This document shows, piece by piece, positions 35,466 through 47,700 of a DNA stretch of 64,000 nucleotides. Under the pieces are notes generated by a model. It did not search any database. It had not been told where the DNA came from and was given only the letters and a program-made list of their open reading frames with translations. Position numbers and translations under genes: made by a program. Source of the stretch: Macrostomum hystrix (taxonomy: Eukaryota > Animalia > Platyhelminthes); the NCBI GenBank assembly GCA_950097015.1, contig CATNEN010000038.1, positions 28,396,001-28,460,000 on the forward strand. The letters are read 5' to 3'. Each line of letters opens with the position of its first letter. The stretch's first letter is position 1.

Positions 35466-35735
35466 ATCAAGTGTGGAAGGATGGAATTGAGCCAAGTCTA
35501 ATCGTACGAAATTAACTGGGCAGATTCCTGGTGGCATATTACACTTAACACAAGGGAATTGACGGAATTTAAAACAAACAATATTTAGGCAGATTCCGAT
35601 TGACATTTCGCCATCGGAAGCATCAAGCAACAACGACAGCAATGAAGCAATTTGACGATAAAGTCTGTGGATAAAGATTCTACTGGCAGTAGGGTGCAAA
35701 CAAATTGGACAGAGAAACTCTATCTAAATCTTCTA

Positions 35736-38700
35736 TTAATCCTCTTCGTAGTCTTCCGGCCGATCCAGCATCCGCTGGGCGCTGCTGGCCTTGCTCCGCT
35801 CGCTGTACTGAATAACATGGCTCTCATCGCCGCCAGTGAATCGGCGCACCTTGTCGTGGAAGCTTAAACGCTCTGCAACAACGCCATCGCCGCTAGCGCC
35901 CAGATTGTCGCCTCTATGCTTGTTTTGCCGCAGTACGGGATCTCGGTAGACCTGCGTTTTAATAGGAAGGTAAATGGCGGGAGTAACTATGACTCTGGAT
36001 TTTAGCTCGTCATCTTATTAGTCCCTGAAGGCTGCTACGCTCGGTGTCTCACTGGAAATGTACTTTCAATAGGTTATCTTATTAGTCCATGATGGCTGCT
36101 ACTCTTGACTTAGCTGCAGGGTGGTTCATGGACGCAGCGGGGAGGCGAGGATCGCCCATACCGCTAACCCCTGTAGGCCCGCAGACAGGCAATGGCGCGG
36201 GGCCGGTCAGGGTGGTCTGCCGGTCCGTCCTGCAGCGTTGTCTTCCGTAGGGAAGAACGTGCTCTCTTTGTTTCTGAGCGGCACTGTACTTTTATTAGGT
36301 AAATGGCGGGAGTAACTATGACTTCAAATTTTGGCTCGTCATCTTATTAGTCCTTGATGGCTGCTACGCTTTGTGTCTCAGTGGAACTGTACTTTTAATA
36401 GGTAAATGGAGGGGGTAACTATGACTTCAGCTCGTCATCTTATTAGTCCCTGACGGCAGTTACGCTTGGTGTCTAAGTAAAACTAGTATGGCGGGAGTAA
36501 CAATGAATTAAGCTACGACTCGTCATATAATTAGTCCTGTCCTGGCCTTATTTTGATTGAAAATGTAAAAGTGGCGTACCTCCTGGGCCCCGATAACTGT
36601 CGGCGTGTGAACAGAGCTAGCGGCGCCAACATCGAAGTAGCCGCTGGTTGGACGCGAAGAGCTAGTCGACTTAGGCTTCGGCTTAACTGGCGGTGGCTGT
36701 TGCGGTGCTGACAAGCCTGGGTAGCGGCTAACTCTAACAATGTCACTGTTGCCGTCGTTGCCATTGTCACGATCGGCATTGGAGCCGCTGTGCTGCAGGT
36801 TATTTTCGAAACTGACCGACTTTTTGGCTATTGTCGCCGGCGCGCCGACAGGTGCAGAGGCGCCTTTGGACTGAAAATTGATTTCCTAATAGATATACTC
36901 CTATGACTGTGAGAAAGACACCTGTTAGACTGATGAAAAGGCGATAAGCAGGGCAGAACAAACAGGGGAAGACAGTAGATGGCGACTCATAGACTTCTTG
37001 AGAGGAGGTGTTCAATGATTAGACACATTGTGAGAGGTAGAGGGAGGAGACAGTCTACCTATCTTCTTCAGTCTTCCTTAGATATCAAGGAGACAGTATT
37101 AAATAACAAAAGAAAAATGTAGAAAAAGTACAAAAATATAGAATGGTAGACAGGAGAGGTAGAGAGGTAGACAGGAGAGGTAGATGTGAGAGGTAGAGAG
37201 ATAGACAGGAGAGGTAGAGAAGTAGACAGGGCATGTAGAGAAGACAGGAGAGGCAGACAGGAGAGGCAGACAGGAGAGGTAGACAGGAGAGGTAGACAGA
37301 AGAGGTAGAGAGGTAGACATGATACGCAGACAGGAGAGGTAGACAGGTAGACAGGAGAGTTGGACAGGAGACGTAGACAGAAGAGGTAGAAGGTAGACAG
37401 GAGAGGTAGACAGGAGAGGTAGACGGGAGAGGTAGACGGGAGAGGTAGACAGGAGAGGTAGACGGGAGAGGTAGACGGGAGAGGTAGACAGGAGAGGTAG
37501 ACAGGAGAGGTAGACAGGAGAGGTAGACGGGAGAGGTAAACAGGAGAGGTAGACAGGAGAGGTAGACAGAAGAGGAGACAGGTGGGCAACAAGAGGAGAG
37601 ATATGGCAGGGAGGTGGATGGAAGGCGGTGAGACAACAGAACAGTTTAAGCCGCTTACCTGCAGAACCTCGCGCAGCCGGGCCTGTCTATCCAGCTCCTC
37701 CTGATCCTCTGACTGGCGCAGGCGCGACAGCTTCAACTGTTGCTCACGGGTCTGGGCCTCGAGCTCGCGGAACCGGCGCAACCGTTCTTCGTCCTTGCGT
37801 CGCCATTCCTCTTCCATCTGGCGGCGTTGCCGTTCTTCTTCTTCGGCTTCGGCTAGTAGGCGGCGACGCTCGGTTTCGGCTGCGGCTGCGGCGGCTTCGG
37901 CCTCTTCTAGACGACGACGCTCAGCAGCTTCCTGAATGTATATAGTTATAAAAAAACAATTTATAAATGTTTAATCTACTGCTAGTAGGTGGTTTAGAGT
38001 GAAACTAGAGAAAATAAACAAGCATCGCACCCTTTGCATTCTGTCGCGTTGCAGTTCCGCCTCTCTATCAGCCCGCTTGCGTCTCTGTTCTTCTTCCTGG
38101 TGCAAAAAATTGCGCGAATTCAAATTTCATAAGTCAATTGAATACAATAAATGCTTGCAGTGCGAGACTTTTATTAGATAATATACTCGCTACTTACTAC
38201 TTGTTTGAGTAGGCGATCTGCTTCCTCCTGTTTTCGACGACGCCCAGCTTCTTCCTAGAAGATTAAATAATTAAGTAACTTATCGTAACATAACTTCCAT
38301 TTCGGATCCCTCTGCCTACCATTCTAGACACCTGCTATTCCAGGTCCCAATATACCTGCCATTCTAGATCCCAATATACCTGCCATTCTAGATCCCAATA
38401 TACCTGCCATTCTAGATCCCAATATACCTGCCATTCTAGATCCCAATATACCTGCCATTCTAGATCCCAATATACCTGCCATTCTAGATCCCAATATACC
38501 TGCCATTCTAGATCCCAATATACCTGCCATTCTAGATCCCAATATACCTGCCATTCTAGATCCCAATATACCTGCCATTCTAGATCCCAATATACCTGCC
38601 ATTCTAGATCCCAATATACCTGCAATTCTAGATCCCAAATAACTGCTATTCTAGATCCCAAATAACTGCTATTCTAGATCCCCATTTCTAGATCCCAATA

Positions 38701-41700
38701 TACCTGCTATTCTAGATCCCAATATACCTGATATTCTAGATCCCCATTTCTAGATCCCAATATACCTGATATTCTAGATCCCAATATACCTGATATTCTA
38801 GATCCCCATATACCTGCCATTCAAGATCCCCATTTCTAGATCCCAATATACCTGATATTCTAGATCCCCATATACCTGCCATTCAAGATCCCCATTTCTA
38901 GATCCCAATATACCCTGATATTCTAGATCCCAATATACCTGATATTCTAGATCCCAAAATACCTGATATTCTAGATCCCAAAGCACCTGCCATTCTAGAA
39001 AAACATACTTACAGTTTGGTATCGTAATCCACCTAAAACTTAAACTCCCTGGCATTTCCAGATCCCGAATTGAAATAAAGAAAGAAAGAAATTTTACCTG
39101 CTGCTGCTGCTGTTGCTGCAGTTTTCGCTTCAGTTCGGCCTCCTCCTGCTGTCGCCTTTCCCTTTCTCTGACCCGCTGTCGCTCTTGCTCATCTTCGTCG
39201 TCGGATGAAGATGAGGATTCAGAATCAGTCGATGACTCCTCGTTATTGCCTGAGCTGTACCTGCCCAGGCCGCTGCGCCGCTGCTGATCTCTCAGCCACT
39301 CGTCGTGCTGGCGCATTCGTTCGGCCTGGCGAGCCTCTTCGCGCAGCTTCTCTAGCTGGCGCTCGCGCTCGTAGAGTTCAAGAGATTCGCGCTGACGGGC
39401 GGCAGCCTCGGCCGCGCGCTGCTGCCTCTCAGCCTCTTCTTGGGCCTCGCGTCTGGCGGCATTGCGCTCAACGGTTTCGCGAACCTCACGTAGACGCATT
39501 GCGCGCAGCTGCGATAATGATAAGGGGGAGTTCAGTGAATCAGCTGCAGGGAGATTTCGAGCTGAGATGAAGGGAGGAGTGAAGGCTGAAATGAAGGGAG
39601 AGACAGACTGAGGTGAAGGGAGAGACAGACTGAGGTGAATGGAGAGACAGACTGAGATGAAGGGAGGAGTGACGGCTGAGATGAAGGGATGAGTAAGGCT
39701 GAGATGAAGGGAGGAAAGAAGGCTGAGATATAGGGAGGAGTGAAGGCTGAGATTAAGGCTGAGATGAAGGGAGGAGTGAAGGCTGAGATGAAGGGAAGAG
39801 TGAAGGCTGAGATGAAGGGAGGAGTGAAGGCTGAGATGAAGGGAGGAGTGAAGGCTGAGATGAAGGGAAGAGTGAAGGCTGAGATGAAGGGAGGAGTGAA
39901 GGCTGAGATGAAGGGAGGAGTGAAGGCTGAGATGAAGGGAGGAGTGAAGGCTGAGATGAAGGGAGGAGTGAAGGCTGAGATGAAGGGAAGAGTGAAGGCT
40001 GAGATGAAGGGAGGAGTGAAGGCTGAGATGAAGGGAGGAGTGAAGGCTGAGATGAAGGGAGGAGTGAAGGCTGAGATGAAGGGAGGAGTGAAGGCTGAGA
40101 TGAAGGGAAGAGTGAAGGCTGAGATGAAGGGAGGAGTGAAGGCTGAGATGAAGGGAGGAGTGAAGGCTGAGATGAAGGGAGGAGTGAAGGCTGAGATGAA
40201 GGGAGGAGTGAAGGCTGAGATGAAGGGAAGAGTGAAGGCTGAGATGAAGGGAAGAGTGAAGGCTGAGATGAAGGGAGGAGTGAAGGCTGAGATGAAGGGA
40301 GGAGTGAAGGCTGAGATGAAGGGAGGAGTGAAGGCTGAGATGAAGGGAAGAGTGAAGGCTGAGATGAAGGGAGGAGTGAAGGCTGAGATGAAGGGAGGAG
40401 TGAAGGCTGAGATGAAGGGAGGAGTGAAGGCTGAGATGAAGGGAGAGCCAGACTGAGGTGAAGGGAGAGCCAGACTGAGGCGAAGGGAGAGACAGACTGA
40501 GGTGAAGGGAGAGCCAGACTGAGATGAAGGGAGAGACAGACTGAGGTGAAGGGAGAGCCAGAATGAGATAAAGGAAGAGACAGACTGAGATAAAGGAAGA
40601 GACAGACTCAGATGAAGGGAGAGACAGACTAAGGTGAATGGAGAGACAGACTGAGATGAAGGGAGAACTGAGCTGAGATGAAGGGAGAACTGGGCTGAGA
40701 TGAAGGGAGAACTGAGCTGAGATGAAGGGAGAACTAGGCTGATATAAAACTCACGGCGGCACTGTCCTCGCTAGACCGGTCATCCTCATAGCCCTGCTCC
40801 TCGGCTAGGACTCGCTCCTGGAATGGCACTTCGACACGCAGATATTCCAGCTTGAGCCGGTCGTCCTTGTCCAAGCTGCCGGTGCGCTGAAGCTCGTCTT
40901 CGAGTTCTCTCAATCGAACCCGCATTTCGTCTAAGCGACTCAACTGGCTAGGGGGTTGAGGCAGCGGCTGCTGCTGCTGCTGATAAGACAAAGGTTGCTG
41001 AGCAGGTTGTGGTGGAGGCGGAGGCGGCGGCTGCGGACTCGGAGTCCGTATGAGGCGAGCCGTAGCAGATAATTCAACAGCCGATGGCGCGTACCTGTTA
41101 TAATTATAAAAGAATCAATAATGAAAAAAGTTGACCTCTATAAAACGCGTTACTTTTTTGTAAAATCGTTACTTTTACTAAAAATGGCCTAGTTAGTTCT
41201 ATGTCGTTACCTATCTCTTTACACTCACTGTACATATATAGACCTCTTTTACTAGCTTTTATTAAAAAAATTGCATGCTTCACTTCTCCTATCGTTACTT
41301 TGTCAATTCAAATCGCTACTTTATTGCCACAAAAACTAGCGCTTCTTACTTTAAGTGGTTAATTTACTTATAAAACTCGGCTCTAAAAGTCGCTAATTTT
41401 TTGCTTAGTAAGGTCGCTACTTTTTGTCATAGTAAAGTCGTTACTTTTTGCCTAAGTAAATTCGCTACTCGCAACTTCATTTGTGAATACAATATCACAG
41501 CTACTATCTACCGTTGCTGTCCTAGGCCTTGATAATGCTGCCTCTGTTGCTGTGGTGGCAGCGACTGCGGCGGGGGCTGCTGGCCAAAGAACAGTGCCCG
41601 ATCTTCAATGGGCCTCGGCGGCGGTGGCAGGTTCATATAGGTGGCGCCGCTGGCACTGCTGGCGTCTGGACTGGACGGCGGCGAAGACTCCTGCAACACC

Positions 41701-44700
41701 TGGGCGGGCTTGGCAACAAACAAGCCGCTGGCAGCAGTTGGGCCAGTCGGATGCTGCGGTTGTTGCTTTTGCTGTTGCTGCTGCTGCTGCTGCTGTTGCT
41801 GCGGCGGCGGCTGACGCGTGGATCTCAGAGTTGCCGAAGTCGAAGTAGTCAACGAAGTCTGGCTGCCGGAGAGAGGCGAGTGATTCGGTCTATCGCTAGT
41901 GCTGCCTCTACGGCCCTGTTTAATAACAACGCGAGGCGCGTCCATTGGTGTGATAACGCGCGGAGGCTGGCGCTGCTGCGGCTGCTGCTGTTGCTGCTGT
42001 TTCTGCTGATCTTGGCGACGAAGACTTTCAACAGCGGCTCGGGCGGCCGCTTCGTCTTCATTGGTTGTTGAAGTTCGTCGGGTGTGTGGTACAATGGTGC
42101 GATTGGGGCCAACATCGTCCAGCATGTTGGATGTGGACTTGGCACGCTGAGGGCCGCCGCTTATGCTAGACTGCTGCTGCTGCTGCTGATATCGGCCGAT
42201 TTGATGCTGCTTATCAGGCCGCTGCATTGTCTGATAGTGCTGCGGCGGCTGCTGCTGCTGCTGCTGCAAATGTGGGGGAGGCGGCATACTGGATAGAGGC
42301 CGCTGAGTGGAGTGCCTTTGTTGTTGTTGCTGCTGCTGCTGATGTTGCTGTGGCGAAGGCTGCTGCTGATGCTGCTGATGCTGCTGTGGCGAAGGCTGCT
42401 GCTGATGCTGCTGATGCTGCTGTGGCGAAGTCTGCTGCTGATGCTGCTGATGCTGCTGTGGCGAAGGCTGCTGCTGATGCTGCTGATGCTGCTGTGGCGA
42501 AGGCTGCTGCTGAATTTGTTTAGGAGGCCTTGGTTGCCCTTGTGATTGATACTGGGAAACAGGCCTTTGTTGCTGCGGTTGTGGCTTTTGCTGCTGCTGC
42601 TGCTGTTGCGGCGGCTGTGGCGGCAGCGGCTGCTGCTGCTGTTGCTGAGGCAGCCGCGTCTGCTGCAGATGCTGAGACACAGGCCTCTGCTGTGGCGATG
42701 GCTGCTGCTGTTGCTGACGCTGCTGCACATTAGCAGGATGCTCCGGCACAGCTGGCGATCTGGGCGGACTTGGCTGGCGAAGAATTTCAGCCAATCCGTG
42801 AAACCGATCAGCCCGCTTAGCAACAGTCAGGCCGACTGATTGGCCAGTGCGCTGGTTGGGGTGGGAGAGCATGATGGGAGTAAGCATTATAAGATCTACC
42901 GACCTACAACTTAGATAACGAAGAACCTAAACTTGACTTAAACTTTTTGTTTAGTCGACAAAACCTGATAGAAAGTTAATGAAAATAATTTACTATGCCA
43001 TGAAAGATTAAAAAAATGTAATTTTTGTGAAACTTAAGATAAAATTAACAAACTGAGTTAATAATCAACGGAAGTTGTTATTTAAATACAGATAGTTAAT
43101 ATTTAATTAACGGAAGTTAATAATTAATTAACGTGAGTTACTATTTATTTTTCATCGAATCAACTTGTAAAGTAACTAAAAAGAGTGAATTATTGTAATA
43201 CAAAAAACTCACCTGCAACACTCCGGCAGCCTCTCGCTGGGACAGACCGATCAGTGATTGGCCATTAACAGCCAATAGTTGGTCGCCAATTTCAAGTCGG
43301 GCGTCTCTATCAGCTGCGCCGCCAGGTATGACAGCCTTGATATAGGTGCCAACCACACCTTGGTCTGGACCAACCAGAGCGGTAGCTGACACTATGCTCA
43401 AGCCTAGTGAGTTGTTGAACTTGGCCAATTGCAACTGTTGAACAGCAGGCTTTGGCATTTGTTGTTGCTGTTGCTGCTGCTGCTGCTGCACTTGTGACAT
43501 GCGCGCTGAGTCGCGGTGATCTTCAACCTTGAAGTGGTGAATCGGAACGATAAATACAAAACCAGTTAGTTAGGCCTTTTTAAAAAGAGTACTTTACACA
43601 GGCAGGCAATGGTACATAAAATAGTGACACAAGACCTGCAGTCAGCGACGTGACTCCTGAGCACACACGCACACAGATACTGTGCGCAGGCATACGCTCA
43701 CACAGGTGTGTACATCTGTCCTGACTTTCTCATCGTCAGGCAGTGTACACTTTCACTGTCAAGTATAGGTATTCCGGTACGTAGCACCAAGAGTATAGGG
43801 ATTTCGGTACGTAGCACCAAGAGTATAGGGATTTCGGTACGTAGCACCAAGAGTATAGGGATTTCGGTACGTAGCACCAAGAGTATAGGGATTTCGGTAC
43901 GTAGCACCAAGAGTATAGGGATTTCGGTACGTAGCACCAAGAGTATAGGGATTTCGGTACATAGCACCAAGAGTATAGGGATTTCGGTACATAGCACCAA
44001 GAGTATAGGGATTTCGGTACATAGCACCAAGAGTATAGGGATTTCGGTACGTAGCACCAAGAGTATAGGGATTTCGGTACATAGCACCAAGAGTATAGGG
44101 ATTTCGGTACGTAGCACCAAGAGTATAGGGATTTCGGTACATAGCACCAAGAGTATAGGGATTTCGGTACATAGCACCAAGAGTATAGGGATTTCGGTAC
44201 GTAGCACCAAGAGTATAGGGATTTCGGTACGTAGCACCAAGAGTATAGGGATTTCGGTACATAGCACCAAGAGTATAGGGATTTCGGTACGTAGCACCAA
44301 GAGTATAGGGATTTCGGTACATAGCACCAAGAGTATAGGGATTTCGGTACATAGCACCAAGAGTATAGGGATTTCGGTACATAGCACCAAGAGTATAGGG
44401 ATTTCCGTACATAGCACCAAGAGTATCTAGGGATTTCGGTACGTAGCACCAAGAGTATAGGGATTTCGGTACGTAGCACCAAGAGTATAGGGATTTCGGT
44501 ACGTAGCACCAAGAGTATAGGGATTTCGGTACATAGCACCAAGAGTATAGGGATTTCGGTACATAGGAATCCAGACAAACAACAGTAATGAATAATTCAT
44601 TCAATCTAAAAAGTCATTCATTCTACAAACCTGCTGCTGCTGACTGCCGCCGCCCACGTCTGGCATGAAGACAGTCCAGAGTCCATCAAGTCGTTGCTGA

Positions 44701-47700
44701 CCCGGATGAGGAACAAACAGGCAGAGGCCCTGGCGAGTCAGCGGGGCCAAGAACTCCTCCAGTCCGTTGGGCACGCCAAGGGGCGCATCGCAGGTATAGC
44801 CATCGTCTGGCAGCAGTAGCGGCAAATTCAGATCCAACTCCTCCAGCAGTTCAATAGCTAGGCCTTCCTCTTCGTGCATTGGATCAGCCGACTGTCTGGC
44901 AGCTTCAACCAGGCTGTCAATCCAGGTGCGCGGCAGGGCAGGCCTGAAGCCGGACAGGAGGGCGCCAGTCTGGGCGGAGTTCAGGCGCAGACAGTTGGCG
45001 GCCGTGTCAGACAAGGCGTTGAAGTCGGATTTGTCGCACAGTAGCAGATGGCAGGCCTGGACGCTTCTGTGAGAATAATTAAATTGCTTCTTTGGATACT
45101 TAGATACTCGGATTCTTAAGAACTATGGTTGGTATTCTTAGGATTTTGAATGGGATTCTTATGATTATGAATGGGATTCTTATGATTATGAATGTGATTC
45201 TGATGATTATGAATGTGATTATTAGGATTATGAATGGGATTATTAGGATTATGAATGGGATTCTCATGATTATGAATGGGATTCTTAGGATTATGAATGT
45301 GATTCTTATGATTATGAATGTGATTCTCATGATTATGAATGGGATTCTTATGATTATGAATGTGATTCTTATGATTATGAATGTGATTCTTATGATTACG
45401 AATGTGATTTTTAGGATTATGAATGTGATTCTTATGATTATGAATGTGATTCTTATGATTATGAATGTGATTATTAGGATTATGAATGGGATTATTAGGA
45501 TTATGAATGGGATTCTCATGATTATGAATGGGATTCTTATGATTATGAATGTGATTATTAGGATTATGAATGGGATTATTAGGATTATGAATGGGATTCT
45601 CATGATTATGAATGGGATTCTTAGGATTATGAATGTGATTCTTATGATTATGAATGTGATTCTCATGATTATGAATGGGATTCTTAGGATTATGAATGTG
45701 ATTCTTATGATTATGAATGTGATTCTCATGATTATGAATGGGATTCTTATGATTATGAATGTGATTCTTATGATTATGAATGTGATTCTTATGATTATGA
45801 ATGTGATTATTAGGATTATGAATGTGATTCTTATGATTATGAATGTGATTCTTATGATTATGAATGTGATTATTAGGATTATGAATGGGATTATTAGGAT
45901 TATGAATGGGATTCTCATGATTATGAATGGGATTCTCATGATTATGAATGGGATTCTTAGGATTATGAATGGGATTCTCATGATTATGAATGGGATTCTC
46001 ATGATTATGAATGGGATTCTTATGATTATGAATGGGATTCTTAGGATTATGAATGGGATTATTAGGATTATGAATGGGATTCTCATGATTATGAATGGGA
46101 TTCTTAGGATTATGAATGGGATTATTAGGATTATTAATTGGATTATTCCGACTATGGATGGGATTCTTATGATTATGAATGGGATTCTTATGATTATGAA
46201 TGGGATTCTTATGATTATGAATGGGATTCTTATGATTATGAATGTGATTCTTATGATTATGAATGGGATTCTTAGGATTATGAATGGGATTATTAGGATT
46301 ATGAATGGGATTCTCATGATTATGAATGGGATTCTTAGGATTATGAATGGGATTATTAGGATTATTAATTGGATTATTCCGACTATGAATGGGATTCTTA
46401 TGATTATGAATGGGATTATTTACATTATTAATTGGATTATTCCGACTATGGATGGGACTCTTTGGTTAAAGAAGTTTAAAGCATTAATGACTAAGAAGAA
46501 AATGACACCAAGACTCAATCAAAACGCGATATCTCACCTAGCTAAGTGGCATTCAGCAGCTAATTCCAGTCCCTGACGTTCGGCCCAGGCTTTGACTCGT
46601 TCAAGCCTGCGCAGTAGCAGATCGCCCCACCTGGCGGTCAGGTAGCCAGCTGGCTCATTGGCCGCCGGTTGCGGCGAAACCAACTGATTAAAGACGCTAG
46701 CGTTAAGAAAGTGAAACAGCTGCGAGAATAGCTGAATGGTTAGGGCGGCATTCACGCGACAGCGGCGAAGTACAACCATGGCGCCTGACAGGCAGCGAAG
46801 CAGCTGCAGCAGCGACGCCTGCTCGCAGCTCGGTGGATTCGACTGGTTTTGGAGGGCGTTTGAAACGATGTAGCTTTTAAGATTTATAGAGTCAACCATA
46901 GATCCCACTTTACTCAGGGATGAGGAATCTGGGATTTCAATCATAGATCCCACTTTACTTAGGGATGAGGAATCTGGGATTTCAAATCATAGATCCCACT
47001 TTACTTAGGGATGAGGAATCTGGGATTTCAATCATAGATCCCACTTTACTCAGGGATGAGGAATCTGGGATTTCAATCATAGATCCTAATTTACTCAGGG
47101 ATAAGGAATCTGGGATTTCAATCATAGATCCCACTTTACTCGGGGATGAGGAATCTGGGATTTCAATCATAGATCCCACTTTACTCAGGGATGAGGAATC
47201 TGGGATTTCAATCATAGATCCCACTTTACTCAGGGATGAGGAATCTGGGATTTCAAATCATAGATCCCACTTTACTTAGGGATGAGGAATCTGGGATTTC
47301 AAATCATAGATCCCACTTTACTTAGGGATGAGGAATCTGGGATTTCAAATCATAGATCCCACTTTACTCAGGGATGAGGAATCTGGGATTTCAATCATAG
47401 ATCCCACTTTACTCAGGGATGAGGAATCTGGGATTTCAATCATAGATCCCACTTTACTCGGGGATGAGGAATCTGGGATTTCAATCATAGATCCCACTTT
47501 ACTCAGGGATGAGGAATCTGGGATCTCAAATCATAGATCCCACTTTACTTAGGGATGAGGAATCTGGGATTTCAAATCATAGATCCCACTTTACTCAGGG
47601 ATGAGGAATCTGGGATTTCAATCATAGATCCCACTTTACTCAGGGATGAGGAATCTGGGATTTCAATCATAGATCCCACTTTACTCAGGGATGAGGAATC

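Noticed and set aside
32948-35699. Short ORFs between CNOT3 and afadin, and a possible operon-like linkage
   Set aside because: The ORFs are AT-rich or SINE-derived with no motifs, and the 3.1-kb gap gives no sequence evidence for co-transcription.
35968-36537. True 28S rRNA gene
   Set aside because: Only short blocks of roughly 17-28 nt match, repeated inside an intron. Reported as an rDNA-like repeat instead.
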